Shown here: positions 12,265 to 27,535 of the stretch, in pieces
Layout: each line of letters starts with the position of its first letter
How positions within the stretch are numbered: the stretch's first letter is position 1
Source of the DNA: Lama guanicoe
Taxonomy: Eukaryota
Length of the DNA stretch: 64,000 nucleotides
Assembly (NCBI GenBank): GCA_013239625.1
Contig: MU053557.1
Coordinates: 3,378,123-3,442,122, forward strand
Direction: 5' to 3'
Notes under the pieces: generated by a model
Seen by the model: only the letters and a program-made list of their open reading frames with translations
Database searches by the model: none
Told to the model about the DNA's origin: nothing
Translations under genes and position numbers: made by a program

Positions 12265-13140
12265 AAAGAAAATGGGCAAAAGACAAAGGGTGAGTCCCAC
12301 AGGACACCCAAAAGGCCAACAGATACTTGAAAAGTTACTCCACCTTGTTAGTAAGAAGGAAAATAAAAATTAAAATCCTGCAATAAGAATACACCTCACA
12401 CCCACCAAATGACTAAAATGATCATTTATCTTTGCATGCTGGCAAAGACGAGGAGAAACTGCAACTCTCACACATTGTTGGAGGGAATGGAATGGTAACA
12501 ACTGTAAACAACTGTCTGGTGGTCAGTGCTGAAGCTGACGGCTACGTGCATACTCTGCGAGCCAGTAATTCTGCTCCTTGGGATAGTGCCCCCCAGACAT
12601 CAATGCATCTCCTCACTGGGACATGTAGCAGCACCATTAACAGTTGAAGCTGTTATGAAACAACGTAAATGTCTGTCAATGACAGAAGACTGAATGTATA
12701 TATTTATCATATGTGATTGTATATACATATGGTATCAGATATTGTGTATATTTATAATACTAAATGTATAATTATATATGATTGAATACGACAGTGTGAA
12801 AATGAATGAATTCTATGTGCAACACAATGGGAGACTCTCACCAATGTAACGCTGAGCAAAAAAATCAGACACAAAAGAGTAATTATCATAGGATTCCATT
12901 CACAGTGCATTTAAAAAACGGCAGTAGACACCTATAGTGATGGAGTTCAGTCGAGTGGTTACCTTTAGAGAGACGGTGGCTGAGGGAGGTCACAAGATGG
13001 GGAGTTCTGAGATCCTAGTAATCTTCCACTTACTCACCTGGGTGGTGCTTATATGAGCGTATCACAGTGGGCATATTTATTGAGCTGCGCTTTTATTACT
13101 TGTGTGCTTTTATTATACTTCTGCAACATCATATATACTT
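12265..13140 (+). mobile_element. Old L1 (L1MC/ME-like) 3' region
   Basis: aaaatgggcaaaagac...cacctcacacccacc...ctctcacacattgttggagggaatg...gctgagcaaaaaaatcagacacaaaagagta. Confidence 0.75.
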
Positions 13141-13169
13141 CTAGAACAAACTGCTTCATAAAACAATCA

Positions 13170-13295
<126 letters not shown>

Positions 13296-14134
13296 CTACA
13301 CATGAAAATGAAAATGGCCATTTCTTCACCAATACTTTTCACGAAGTTCTAGAATACCGCTCATAAAAATAACCAGCTTAGTTCCTTCCATCTGGCTTAC
13401 GAAGAGAGGGTAAAATGTTCTCTTCAGTGAAGAGTAAACATTTACCCTATTCCAACCCCCAAGATTCACTGCTTGAGTTTTAAGATCAAGCCTGACTGAA
13501 ACTGCAAATGAATTCTATGTGGCAGATCCTCCCTGGAGCCCTGACTCCTGGCAATGGGAGTGGTAAATAGTGGGATCAGCTCATTGGATCTGTGAACTGT
13601 GAGACCAAGGTCACGCTGTGATTGCATGAGGTTCAAGGAGCAACCCTTGTGTCATGGCTGCACACTGCTTCCCCAGCTTATACGGATGACCCTCTAGTAC
13701 ACTTAGCCAAAGAGGGGACAGAGTAGGAGGTACGGATGGGCTTTGCAAATTCCTGCACACTCCTGGAGAAAAAGGTCAGAAACAGAAAGCTGGCACATTG
13801 TCTCCACATATAAAAGGCAGCAGACTATAGGACAGACGTTACTTGTAGATTCTGCCCAGAGTAACTGGCTTCCTCACTGACATAAGTGCCGTGGAATCAC
13901 TTTACACACAGCAGCCATGAATTAATTCTACACTCTAGAGTCCACAGGACCATTAGACACGTGCAATTCCATTATCATCTTACATCTGATAGTGCTGTAC
14001 TGTTGACAAAGCAGTTTCACGCACATTAAACCCCTAGATTCACAATATCCCAGAGGAGTCAGCAGGACAGGGAAGAGTCAGGGAGGCTGTAACTCGTTCA
14101 AGGTCTTGCGGCTACTATCAATAGATCAATAACT

Positions 14135-14350
14135 AGTATGTATTGAATGCTAACTGTATGCAAGACACTGCATTCAACCTTTTACATCACTGTCTCTTCT
14201 AAACCTTAGACCAGCCCATGGAGTACCCCTGTTGTCTCTCTTTTACAGATAAGGAGACTCTGAGCAAATGATCTGCCTAAGGTCACACAGTCAATGGCAT
14301 ATCCAGGATTTTAAACTAAAGGGTCTGATTCTATAGCCCACTGTCTTGAC
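14135..14350 (-). mobile_element. MIR SINE
   Basis: ttttacagataaggag...tgcctaaggtcacacag (reverse MIR core). Confidence 0.65.
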
Positions 14351-15100
14351 AATTCTGTTCCATTGCGGGTAAGTGTCAGTGAAAGAACTAAAACTTGTAT
14401 CTGCTAATTCCTAGTCCAGGACTCTTTCTGCCACCTACTGGGATATAAATATCCTTCCTGAATTCCAATTCATAAATTTTTCATTACTTGGTTCTAAGTA
14501 CTATTTTGGAACCTACCTCTGTTCCTAAATAATACATTTTCATCTTTTAGCAGCTAAATACTTTGAAAGGTATAAGATCTGAAAGTAAACTATACATAAG
14601 CTGATATCTATCGCTGAACTTCTGAAAATAATTTCTCATATAAAATGACGAAAATCCAGGGAAATAAGTATCAAATTCAATGAGACTTGAAGCTTTCATT
14701 TAATGATTATAAAAATTAAGTCTTTCATGCAGTTACTACATTTTGACCCCCGTAGATGGTAATCGATTTTACCAGTTTCCAACCCAATTGTTCACACAAG
14801 GAAAGACTACCAGTCTTGGCAAGAGGCTAAGTATTTTCATCTAATTTGATTCTTATAATAGGCTGAAGTTTGGTATCAAACTTCAGTTTGGTATCACTCG
14901 GCTAGAAAAATTCTATGAAGGCCTTTCAAAGGTCTGTAATTCTCTTGTGATCCCCTCATGCAATGCAGACCACTCTGCTGTCCATGAGTTTAGAAAGCCC
15001 TGTTCCCAAGATACTCGCTGGTTTTCTAGTAGGAGGTGGAATTGATTTCTCTGTAGTAAACAGGAAAAGAGCTTAAGTGAAAAGTAAAACTTGGGAGCTA

Positions 15101-15388
<288 letters not shown>

Positions 15389-18300
15389 TTAACAAGGATG
15401 CAAAGAAATGCATTTTTACAATGGTATGAGCTTAACTTCTTTTTGCTGATTGATATAGGAAAAAAAAGTCATGAATATGACAAGGAGATTGAATTCATGA
15501 ATAAGACAATGCAAGGCTGTGTAATGAAGGCCATTTTACTCTTAACGAGGTGTCAAGGAGAGTGATTATTTTGTCTCTAGTATATCCTATGTAGATGCTG
15601 TGATTCAATATATTGTTTGAAATGGTCTGGGTTGGTAGGATACGGAAAGGAAAAAGTTCACTTTAAAATGGGTCATTTGTGTTAACAAAGACAGATACTA
15701 AATATTCTACTGCAATGTTTCCCAGGACAATTTGTGATGTTACCTCCGGTTTGGGGGAAGGACCTTTGAGTTCACTTTAAACAGCAATAACAACTACGAA
15801 CAGGTCATTAGTAACTGAAGAAGCTGCAGACTTCCCAGCAGCCTCCTCATTTCCTCAGGCCAGCATGTGTGCAAGTAGGTGGAGAGTCTGGAGCGAGGTC
15901 CTTCCATGGTTCATGCCACAGGGCTCTTTCCACTCCTACTCACTTTTCAGAGCAGCCAGTTCTTAACCACCGTTTAACTATTAATGTCAGAAAACCATGG
16001 TTGGGACAAGAACAGGAATGGAAAATACCTGGTAATATTAGTCACTATTTCCCCACCTCTATCTGTGGGATGTATTTATCGATTCCAGTACTCAGTTCTG
16101 TTAAGCCTGGGCACAGCCTTAGAAATATTTTGCAACTAAAGGCCAAAAACATTTGATACCAATTAATCAGAGTTCCACTGGACTGAAAACTTTTTGCCAT
16201 CCCCAGATGAGGGTGAATGATGTGAATGCCTATTAAAAATCCTGGAAGAAAGCATCGCCACTGGGTGAAATCTTTCTTCTCATCTCGTTATATCCTGTGA
16301 GAATATTCAAAATGGAAATAGACACATTTAAAACAAACAATATTATGCTATTCTCCTCTTTATAAAAAAAGTCTCCTTATATATAATAAATCACTCTGTA
16401 TAAATCTTTCTTTGCTGTATTCCTAAGATACACACATATATATATACAAAAATATATCTATATGTATTTTTATTTATATATATTTATATACATATATTTG
16501 GGACAGAAATTGTGTTACACAGTTACATTTTCCCACATGTAACTATCTGTGAGCTACAGCCTCCAAGTCACATGATTAAATTTTAGATCATTTTTGGGAG
16601 GGCATGGTCCTGTGACATCATCTGATCACTCGGTAAGTAAAATCAAACACCGTCCTGTTAATCTGGGAGTAAAAGCACTGTCTCTATTTCTATCTCCTTG
16701 TAGAAGATTTGAGTTCGGTGTTATTCTTACCTAAGTAGCACATTCTTCTGTTAGATCTGCCATCCACGGTGTTATTTACAGTTTACCATAGCTCCAGGTC
16801 TGCGTTCTCCTAATTGGTTCTGATGTGCCCTACACAACTTGCTGGGAAATCAGCCCATTTTTGCCACAGAATCATCTGCATCATCACCATCCTCATAACT
16901 GAAATTTATTGATCTTTTACTTCATTCAAAGTAAAACATATTCTCTGTATTCAGAGCTTTACAAACCTTACCTCGTTTTATAACAATCCTATTATGTAGG
17001 TTCTGGTTGCACCATTTTACAGATGATGACTGAGGACCCAAAGGGTTACACACTTGGTCATGGTCATATGGCTAATAAATGATGAAGCCTGATTTAAAAT
17101 ACTGTCTTCTGACTCTAGAGCCCATTCTATAAGGCACGATGCTATAATGACACCAAGATTACGCTGCCGGCATTTCCCAAAGTGGGTTTCTGTAGAACAT
17201 CCAATAACAAGTGTTAAGGAGTCTCTATTGCATAGTGGCTCTCAGCATGGACTCTAAGATTTCAGAATACTGAAAATCTTCCAAAGTTCTGGTTCTTAGA
17301 TGGGGAGGGGGTGCATATCAGAATTCCCTGGGAAAGTTTTCTAGACAGAATGGCTCCCATTTCTCTCCCTTCCAGTTCCAAAAATGGAATTGGGTATTGG
17401 GGTAAGAAAAGGATAAGAAGGTAAAAATGAAGACAAGCACATCTGTATTATTAAAAAAAATTCTCATGTTAGTCTGTTGGCTCCCAATTTTTTAACCACT
17501 CTCCACATAGCTTGGATTTTACATTTTATTAGGAGGGATTTCATGTCACTTTCTGCAATGCGCTGGTGAAAGGAAGTCATAGAAGAAATTACAGGTCAAC
17601 AAGTGGATATACTCATAGACTTCACACTGAAAACCACTGACAAATGAAAATATTTAACGTAAAGCTTCCTTTTCATTTACCTACCTGCCAACTTCAGAGT
17701 TCACAGTCTTGATTCTTTCTTCATCAGTCATTGTTGTTTTAAACACCAAAGGCAGGGCAGAGACCAATATTTCTGCACTGCGTTTGGTCTTCATTGTCAA
17801 TCAGTGCAATAGTATGAATTGCAGACAGATAATTTGAAAAGTGCGGCAAAGGCAACATTTTACAGTCATACTGTATTGCAGTGCAAAGAAAATTACATGT
17901 TTAATTTTCTAAAATGTTCTATGGTAACCACTTTTTACATAAAACTGAAATCCTAGAGCTATCATCCAAGGCACAGAATTGGAGTTCTTAGAATATAAAT
18001 GCTTAGAATCAACAGATACACAAGAAGGAAAGTGTAGGAGTCTCTACTGCATACTGGTTATAAGCATAGACTTCGAAGGAAGTATTTTTAGAGAAGCATA
18101 AAGTACACTCCAACAGATAATAGTTAATCTGATAAGCTATAACCAAGATATAAATAATGCTGAAGACTCTAAGTATAGGTACGTATCAACATTTCTTTTA
18201 AGATGAGGTCAACCTGCAATATTATAGCTTTCATACAATCATTGTATTTGTTTTACTGTTAAGCACAGTGAGACACTGATGTGGCTTTTGGTCATACATG

Positions 18301-18785
18301 TTAAAAAGAAAGACTCAATTCTGTAGGGGTCGAAGTAAGTCTTGGAAATTGGTAAGAGCAAATAAGCTACTTAGACATGGTCTCCAATTTAAGAATTATA
18401 AAGGTCCCTATTTTGAATGGCCCCTGTTTATTCTGGAAAAGAAGATCTATTTTCATTTCTAAAATGACTAGGGGTTTTATAGCTCTTTTTCTTGCTTTCA
18501 GACACGGTTCCTGGAGAAAAAATGAGGCGAATTACTCAGGGTGTTCGCAAGGGCTGCCATTTTCAGACATCTGAAAGCCATAGAAACCTTCCCCACCCTT
18601 GCAAAAGACCCCAAAACATTGGATAAATGGAAAGCCTACAAAACATGCTGATTTTGAAAGAGTTCATAATTCAGAATACTTTTATAGGCACTCAAGAAAA
18701 CGGGAGTCATTGCATAGACACTCTCCCTATGTGCAGGACTGGAAGAACCCAGGTTTTCCGAGAGGGCTGACTCCGAAATCCTTTA

Positions 18786-19508
<723 letters not shown>

Positions 19509-21022
19509 TCAGCTGCATCAAAAAGGTGGGCTCCTAGGCCGGATGGGCAGCTCAGACCCTGCGATCTCTTAATGCCTCATCTCTCTTCAAAATTTCAGGC
19601 GCCTGTGGGCTCGGGGGGAAGGGAACCGCAGGTCTTTTAATGCTGGGAGTACAGCGTGTGAAAGGAGGAAATACCCGCGGATGCTTTCATGGCTGTTCAG
19701 ACAAATACTTGACGTTCTGGGACCTTACTATCTGATGTGTGGTCCGCAGACAAGCGGCACAGACCACACCCAGAGGCTTGTCAGAAACGCAGGGGCTCCA
19801 TCCCTGACCTACGCATGAGAGCGTGCGTCTTAACAACCCCCAGGGGACAAGGAAGCAGTGCTAGAATGGTTTTCACCTTTGTGAGGAGGTGTTCAAAGCA
19901 GACCACCTGGAGAGCTTCCTCCATTACCCGTCCCTAGGTAGGTCCAGACTGATAAATGTGGGTGTCCCAGGGTAGTAGTCATAGTTCAGTATTATGATCA
20001 GACTAATAAACTGGCACCTAAAGTGATACTATAAAATATTTTCCCTTTCCCCCTCTTTCTTTTTGGAGGAGAAGATAACTACTGCTGAGGGGGAGGTGAG
20101 GAATGAAGACAGTTGTTTTGTCCTTAACCTTGCCTTTCTTACTAAGGCAGCTTGGCTCCATCCCCAACTTATTATATATACACACAGCAACCAAAAACCC
20201 TGCAGTGCAGGTCTCCCCATGTTAAAGGTCTGCTACACGGGTATCTGTCTGCATCGTTCTCTCCCTCCACACTTAATCCCTCTCTCTCCTCCCCTAAGCC
20301 AACACTCCAAGTAATTTAATAAAGTATTCCTTCTAATCTTTTTACCTGTCAGGTATTCTGGTCAAAAATTCTCCTTTGTTTGTAATCTTTCCAAAGATAA
20401 TATAGTTTTCTTTATAGATGCGCCATGGCATTATCTTAATTTGGCTGTGAGTCCGACTCTGATTCTATAGATCAGGATGGGGTCCTGGCATTTGGAGCTT
20501 GGAAAAGCCTCACTAGACACTTGTTTTACTGTCCTCCTCCCCCTCCTCATCTCTGCTGCCTGTCTTTTGTTTCTCTGTCCCCTTCATGTGCGCGCATACA
20601 CACGCACACGCACACGCACACCAACACAGTCACCTGGAAAAACGGAAGAACTGGGCAGCCCCAGGAGTAACGACTAGTTGAGTGATAATGAGTCTCTGTC
20701 ACTTGTAAAATCGGAAGGTTTCCTAAAGTAATCAAGAGCCTTTCCAGCTGAAAATGTTAAGATTTAAACTTATTGAAACCACTGTAATTCTAACATACAT
20801 ACAGTATCTGAGATTTTACTTACCTTGACAGTTTACCTACCTTTAGCTAGAACAGGATTTTCTAAGTCCACATGGCATTTTTTGAATACTATACTGTAAA
20901 GGCACAGCAATTATTCCCATGTTGGTTATTGTAAAAGAACTTGGGGCACAAGGAGACTTGGCGAAATAAGCAGTCTGGCCAAGGGCCCCTCCCGGATGCC
21001 TAATAGCTCATATGCACTAGAG

Positions 21023-21353
21023 CTGTGCTGTCCGATACAGTGGCCACTAGCCACACAGAGCACTTGCAATAATGAAAGTCTGAATTGAGCCTTGGCCTAA
21101 GCATACAATACACACCTGATTCCAAAGATTTAGTGTGAGGTCAATATCAATATCTCATTAATAATTCCTGTATTGATTATATGCTGAAACTATAAATATT
21201 TTGGGTAAATTAGGTTCAATAAAGTATATTATTGGAATGAATGACTTCTTTTGACTTTTTTACTATTGTGGTTACTTTTTAAGGTGGAAATTTTAAAATC
21301 ACATGTGTGGCTTGCATCTGTGGCTCGTGTTATCTTTCTCTTGGGCAGTGTTG
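21023..21353. mobile_element. hAT-Charlie MITE (MER33/MER3-like)
   Basis: Termini ctgtgctgtccgata ... ttgggcagtg; internal gccactagccac and aaaatcacatgtgtggct. Confidence 0.75.
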
Positions 21354-22252
21354 CTCAAGTTCTTGGAGGCTCACTGAATGAACTGAGCTTTAATGGACAT
21401 TCTCTTAGTAAAGTTGGGTTAGGATCTGATTTCTATGCCTGCCCCCAAATTACCCTGGGCTCCTTTCTGCTGTGGAATGAAACCCCAACACTTCAGCTGC
21501 GTCTTTCAGCTCTCAGAAGACTTGGCTGGATTTCCAGCTCCCATTTCAACTCCTCACTCTACCTCTCCAGCTGCAAGGGGGTTCTCCTGTTTTCTGCACA
21601 TGCCCTGCATCTCTGTAGCTGTGTGCCTACAGTTTCCTCTTCCTGATCTGCCCTTCCCTCTGCTCCTTTTGGGATCCTCTCAGTCCTCATGACCCAGCTG
21701 GATGTCACCCTCTCCAGGCCTGACACCCTGATCACCCAGGACCAAGCTCATTTCTCCTGCCTTTGTCTTCTCCCTGTATTTTGCTCATATGTCCTGAGTA
21801 GTCCCTTCCACATATTTTCTTTATGCTGTGTTTTCTTATACACTTGTCTGTCCTCATCACCCCCTCTTCTACCCCATCTCATACTGGAAAAGTCCTAGAA
21901 GGCTTTATCTTCATCTCATCTTTATCTACGCAATGGTTGCCAGCACAATACGTGGTAAGGAGACAAGGAGCATGTGTGGAATTAAAGAATGAAAGCCAGT
22001 ATGCGTCCCTGGCTGGCCCAAAACAGGACGCAAGAATAATATAGCCTGTCATAAGGTGTGGAGAACATAGGCTTGTACTGTTACCCAGAGCAGCCCTCAT
22101 CCATCCCTTCCTTGTAAGAAAATAACAGAACAAAAACACCCCTAACATATAATGTCTGCCTGCCCTCTGCTTGATGTTTTTCTCAATGCTTCAGTAAGGA
22201 CAACCTAAATCTTACTTTCCATTTTCCCCTGAAGAACTGAAGTAGCTTCCAG

Positions 22253-22473
22253 GCCATGAGTGGGCCAACAATAGCCCATGGGCCAAATCTCTCCTGCCCC
22301 CTGTCTTTGTGAATAAAGTTTTATTGGAACACAGCCATGCACATCCATTTCCTTGTTGCCTAGGGCTGTTTCCATGCTGTAATGAAGTTGAGTAGTTTCA
22401 CAGAGACTGCCTGGTCCACAAAGCCTAAAATATTTACTATGTTGCCCTTCATAGAAAATGTGTGCTGATTCCT
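22253..22473. mobile_element. hAT-Charlie MITE (MER58A-like)
   Basis: gggccaaatc...aataaagttttattggaacacagccatgc...caaagcctaaaatatttactat. Confidence 0.82.
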
Positions 22474-25360
22474 TTGGGTAATGCACTTTTTGAAAAGAGT
22501 GACCTTATTTTTCACTGATTTAGAAACTCAGATAATTTATCTTTCATCTAGGACCTTGGGGAAGTTAAGTTTAGCTCAAGTGATACGAAACTGGTCATCT
22601 TCAATTTTAGCAGGATGTATTTATGTTCCTTCGGCATTTGGAACAGTATCAGGACCACAAGAGCAGATAAGTAACAAGTTCTAAGGCAAATTTTAGCAGC
22701 TCTTCCTAAAACAATGAAAAGCTGTAGTAAAAATAGATAAAGAGTCATGAATTCTGGGTTTGTATTTTGATTTCACCATCAGCTGTCTCTAAGAAAGTTG
22801 CTTTATCCTGAGGATCTTTGATTACACTTTAAAAATATCTGCAAAGAATTATTTTTAGGATTAAATTAGATAATAAATGGGTAAGTACCTTGAGCTGTAA
22901 AGTACTATGAAATGTAAGGTAATATTACTGGATATAAGAGGAGATACTGATGATCTAAAATTATTCACATCAGACTCTCTGCAGGTGCATTAGACTATAC
23001 CACTTTGTGATTCTGTAATTTCCCTCAAATTACAAACATTAATCTTTTGTGTGTAGACTGGAGAGGAGATAAATGAAAAAGAAAAATCAGTGAAAACACA
23101 GGTGTATGGAAAATATATTCCAGCCTGAAGACAAAACAAATGGAAACAAACACTGGCCTTTTTGTCCCTCACTTAAAGGAATCCATAGAACTCACAGAAA
23201 ATTCAAAGGTACTGAATTACATTTGGCATCTTTTTCATGGCTACTTATTTGGTTGTCATGGAAACTGTCGATTTTGGCAGGATTTCTAGGTATGATTTTT
23301 TTTTTTAAGCTTGGGAGAAGAGATCCCACTATGAAGGAGTTACAATGGATGTGACTGACATTAGGGAGGAAAAAAGAGCCAATAAAATTTTTGTAGTAAA
23401 ATCATTTTCTGAAAATTATTTGCAGCTTAGAGTGCACCACTAAGGAAACAGATTTTAATATCCTAATGTAAATCATGAGAATGAGTACATAAGAAAATGA
23501 AGAATTACTCCTCAGTAACAGTGAAAATATGTGAAGATGATAGCATTTTGAATTGGAAAAATATTATTTAGTTGAAGAGAGAATCAACTTTGATTAGTGG
23601 AAATGTTTTATGGAGAAGAATTTCAGCTCAATCACAATAGTAAGCATTTATCAAGGGCTTTATTTATTATGTATGATTCTGGCCCTTTTTTTTAACGGCT
23701 TTACACCTATCAGTATATTTAACCTCCTAGGCAGCTGTATGATGTAGGTAGTATTTGTTGCACCTGAATTTCTGATGAGAGAAGTGGGGAATAGGCTGTA
23801 TGTAAGCACAGCATAAAGAAGGCTGAGCCCAGCGTGGGTCAGGAGCCAGGTCAGGTCGGACCCCAGATCTCCTTGTTTGCTCTGAAACCTTGGGCAAGCT
23901 GCTCCCCTTGCCTCAGCCTCAGTTTCTTCATGTACAAACTAAGATTGGTGATATCCTTCTCACATGATTGTTGGGAGGACTGACTTCCACGATGCAACAA
24001 AAGCACTTTGGAAAGGCTGGAACACGTGGGAGATCAGTCATTAACACATGGTAGATACTAAGTATTAGTTCTGATGGATATTACTGCATATATTATCATA
24101 TCATGCCTTGCTATGCTAATACCACCACCAACATAAATCTGAACACTCACATTCTCGTGGTAAGACGAATGCTACTATTATTCCATTATCAGCATAACGG
24201 CCATAACAACTATTTTCCTAACAGGAAGAGATGTTCAAAGATAAAACGGGGTTTCGTCAAGATGTCTTGAGTTCCCTGGTGGCATCTGATCTTAACTTGG
24301 AAGACATACGGATGGTGCATATGCAGAAGGACAGGCGTGAGGGGTGGGCCAGGGCCAGGGGGTGAGCACTGAACTGGGCTTTAAGTGATACACACCCTTA
24401 TCCCTTCTACCAAGGTTTTATGGGAAAAAATGATCATCAGGAAAATTAGTCCTGCTGGGGAAGGCTTACCCTCTGACAGAAGGAAGAAAATGCATGACTA
24501 GCCCCCATGGCCTCCTATTATATTTTATATTTTCCTCTTCTGCCCTCATTGTAGCCTGGCCTTTGAAAAGTGCCAGCGTAAACTCAGGTAAGATGAAGAA
24601 AGTGATGTTTGAGCTTTAACATGACCTTAGAAATCTAGGATTAAACGTTGGGAAGCCTGTCAAAGGTAAGGAGGGTTGAGAGGTTATCAGGACAAGACAG
24701 GCTAGCAGAAGGCTCAGGTTGGATTATCTGCATCAGATGTTGCTGGAGAGCTGAACTCCCAGAAGGATGGCAGGGGTTTTCAGGGGTGCCAAGTAACTCT
24801 CAAACAGGAGGTGTGAAGGCGGAAAGGCTGTCACCAAAGAAGGTCACGCAGAAGGGAGATTTTCTACAACCTGCGGAAGTACGAAAGCTTCTCTCAACTC
24901 ATTTCTTGCTTTTAAGCACCGGGGTCTCCTAAAAACAAAATTTGCAGAAAGCAAGAAATACTGGATGCCCAATGAAGACACTGAACCAGGATGCCCTAGA
25001 GCACTCACTGAGGATAGAGAAGGTCGGCTGATATTCTGAGAGTGACTTGGAGGCAACAGAGTACAGTGGAGTAAGATAGCATGACCCTGAGCACCCCCTT
25101 AGAGAAGATACGAATTCCCATATTGGCTCTTCCACTGGCTGTGTCACCAGGAGCCAATAAGTTATGTGGTTAGAATTCACTTTCTCTCTCAGTGAAATCA
25201 GAATAGTCATCACACCCTGCCTTTGTCCCAGGCTCACTGTGAAGACTGCAAAAGCACTTTGTACTCTGAAGGGCTGATCCAAGGGTGGCAACTCCGGTCT
25301 GGTCTCACCACCATCCCTGGTGCGCTCAGACACCCTGCGCAGCAGATCACGGTGTCCAGG

Positions 25361-26007
25361 TGAGACGGGAAGGAAGGGAGCAGGGCATAGCCACTCAAGG
25401 AATGACAGAAGTTAACACCAGAATGGCGGAAGATTCAACCCCTAGTAGACCTTGAGGCTCAAGATGGTGGGAGATTTGACTTCTAGTAATGGTGGGAGAT
25501 TTGACTTCTAGTAGATCTTGAGCTTCATTATACACCCATTATAACATACTAGCATGGTGAATAACATGCCCACAGGTGCCATGACAGTTCCAGGGCTAAC
25601 TGTAAAAGGTCAAAGAGAGGGCAATGGCCAACTTGCTGGGAATCTCAGCCCCTTCCCCAGGGTAGTTAAAATGGTCTTCCCACTTCTTAGCATATGAAGC
25701 AACCAAGCCCATAAAAACTGGCAACACTGACCCTCACCACCCTTTTTGCTCCCTCCTCCACTCTGTCTATGGAGTGTGTATCTATTTTTACTTGAGCACC
25801 CAACTTCCACACCTCGTGGCCTTTCTCTTGCCTTCTGAAACAGCTTACACTCTATGCAGCATGTATCTCTCTAAATAAATCTACCTTTACTCAACTGTGG
25901 CTTGCTCTTGAATTCTTTCCCGCGTGAAGCCAAGGACCTACACTTGGCGGGACATGAGACCCGGGACATGGCCCTGCTCACATCCCACATCCATTTTTCC
26001 TGCATCA
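25361..26007 (+). mobile_element. Solo ERV1-class LTR (MER41-like), 647 bp
   Basis: TG...CA termini, 4-bp TSD CAGG (25357-60, 26008-11), ATAAAA at 25711, AATAAA at 25874, MER41-like U5 (aattctttcccgcgtgaagccaaggacc). Confidence 0.82.
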
Positions 26008-26919
26008 CAGGGAGCAGAGAAACAGGAAAATACCATGGCTCAATGGTTCAGAGTGCTGGTCCAAGGAAAACAGACCTGGGCGGAAATACTTTCTCCACTG
26101 GAGCCTGGGGTTTCCCACCTAAATAAATACTATGACATACATACGCCATGGGGTTGTTTAAAAAAGAATCCTGAAAAGTCATTCAACAAATAGGACTGAG
26201 TGTCTCCGACATGCCCAGCAGCATTGCAAACACTGGGGATCCCTTCCTTAGAGGATCCCTTAAACAGACATGGTCTCTTACGCATAGAAGTGTACATTTC
26301 ATTGGGGTGGGGGGAGCAGGCAATACACAAGCAAGTAACAAATAAGATGGGGTGATGTGGTGCAGTACACGGGACTAGGGGAAGGTCTGACACCTGAGGG
26401 GTCCCTAAGGGCTAGAGCAGACAGCTTCCTTTCCCGACTAACCCCTACCGTTTGGGAAGGACCTTAGCTATTTTATCTAGTCCACAATCGGCTTGTTTTA
26501 TGGATGTGAAAACATAGGCCCAGAAATGACAGGGTCGTCTGGCATTGACCTCACTCTGTGCTCTTTCCTCTCCACCACAGCCCCTGCATCGTCACATCCT
26601 TTTGGTCCTGATGCCTGGAGTCTGGTCTAAGTGACCTACTTATGTGTATGTTTATCTCTCTCAGCAAGACTTCTAGATAATTTCTGCTCACTAGAACTTG
26701 ACTGTGTCTCATACTTTTGTTTCATTTCCCTGCAGTGGAAATGCAGGCATCTATGGGAGAAGGACACAGGTATGTTCCCACCCCTTCTCCCACTTTGTTT
26801 CTCCACTTGAAATTTGCAAAAACAGTGGAAAGAAAAGTGCTGACATCCTCTTGTCCTCTGCCTAAGGGTTTCAGTACTCTCCAGACTTTCACATTTTTTA
26901 AGCGCATCGGCTGTGAAAG

Positions 26920-27535
26920 GCATGGAAACAAGTGTCCATTGATGGATAAATGGATAAAGAAAATGTGATATCACACACACATGTATGCATGCACACAAAC
27001 ACACACAGAATGAAATATTATTCAGCCATAAAAAGGAAGGAAATTCTGTCATTTGCAACATTATGCCAAATGAAATAAGTCAGAGAAAAACAAATACTGT
27101 ACAATCACATTTGTATGTGGAATCTTAAAAAAAATAAATAAAAATAGAGCTCACAAATACAGAGAATGGATTGGTGGTTGCCAGAGGCAGGATGTAGGAG
27201 ATGGGGAGATGGATGAGGGTGGTACAAACTTCTAGTTATAAGATAAATAAGTTCTGAGGATATATGCACAGCATGGTGACTACAGTTAACAATCCTGTTA
27301 ACAGTATCTAACGGTTGCAAAGAGAGCAGATCTTAAAAGTTTTCATCACAAGTAGAAAATAAACACTGTAACTCTGAGGTGATGGATACTGATTCAACTT
27401 ATTGTGGTAATCATTTCAAAGTATAAACATACATCATCAAATCATGATGTTGCAGACCTAAAATGAATACAATGTTATATGTCAATTATATCTCAACAAA
27501 ACTAGGAAAAAACATACTCCAAAAAAAAAAAAAAA
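26920..27535 (+). mobile_element. L1 (L1MA-like) 3' end with poly(A)
   Basis: aagtgtccattgatggataaatggataaagaaaatgtg ... aatgttatatgtcaattatatctcaa, A15 tail. Confidence 0.85.

Noticed and set aside
25464..25513. Direct repeats here and at 59177-59239 as a CRISPR-like array
   Set aside because: Only two copies each, eukaryotic intron, explained by LTR duplication and a TSD
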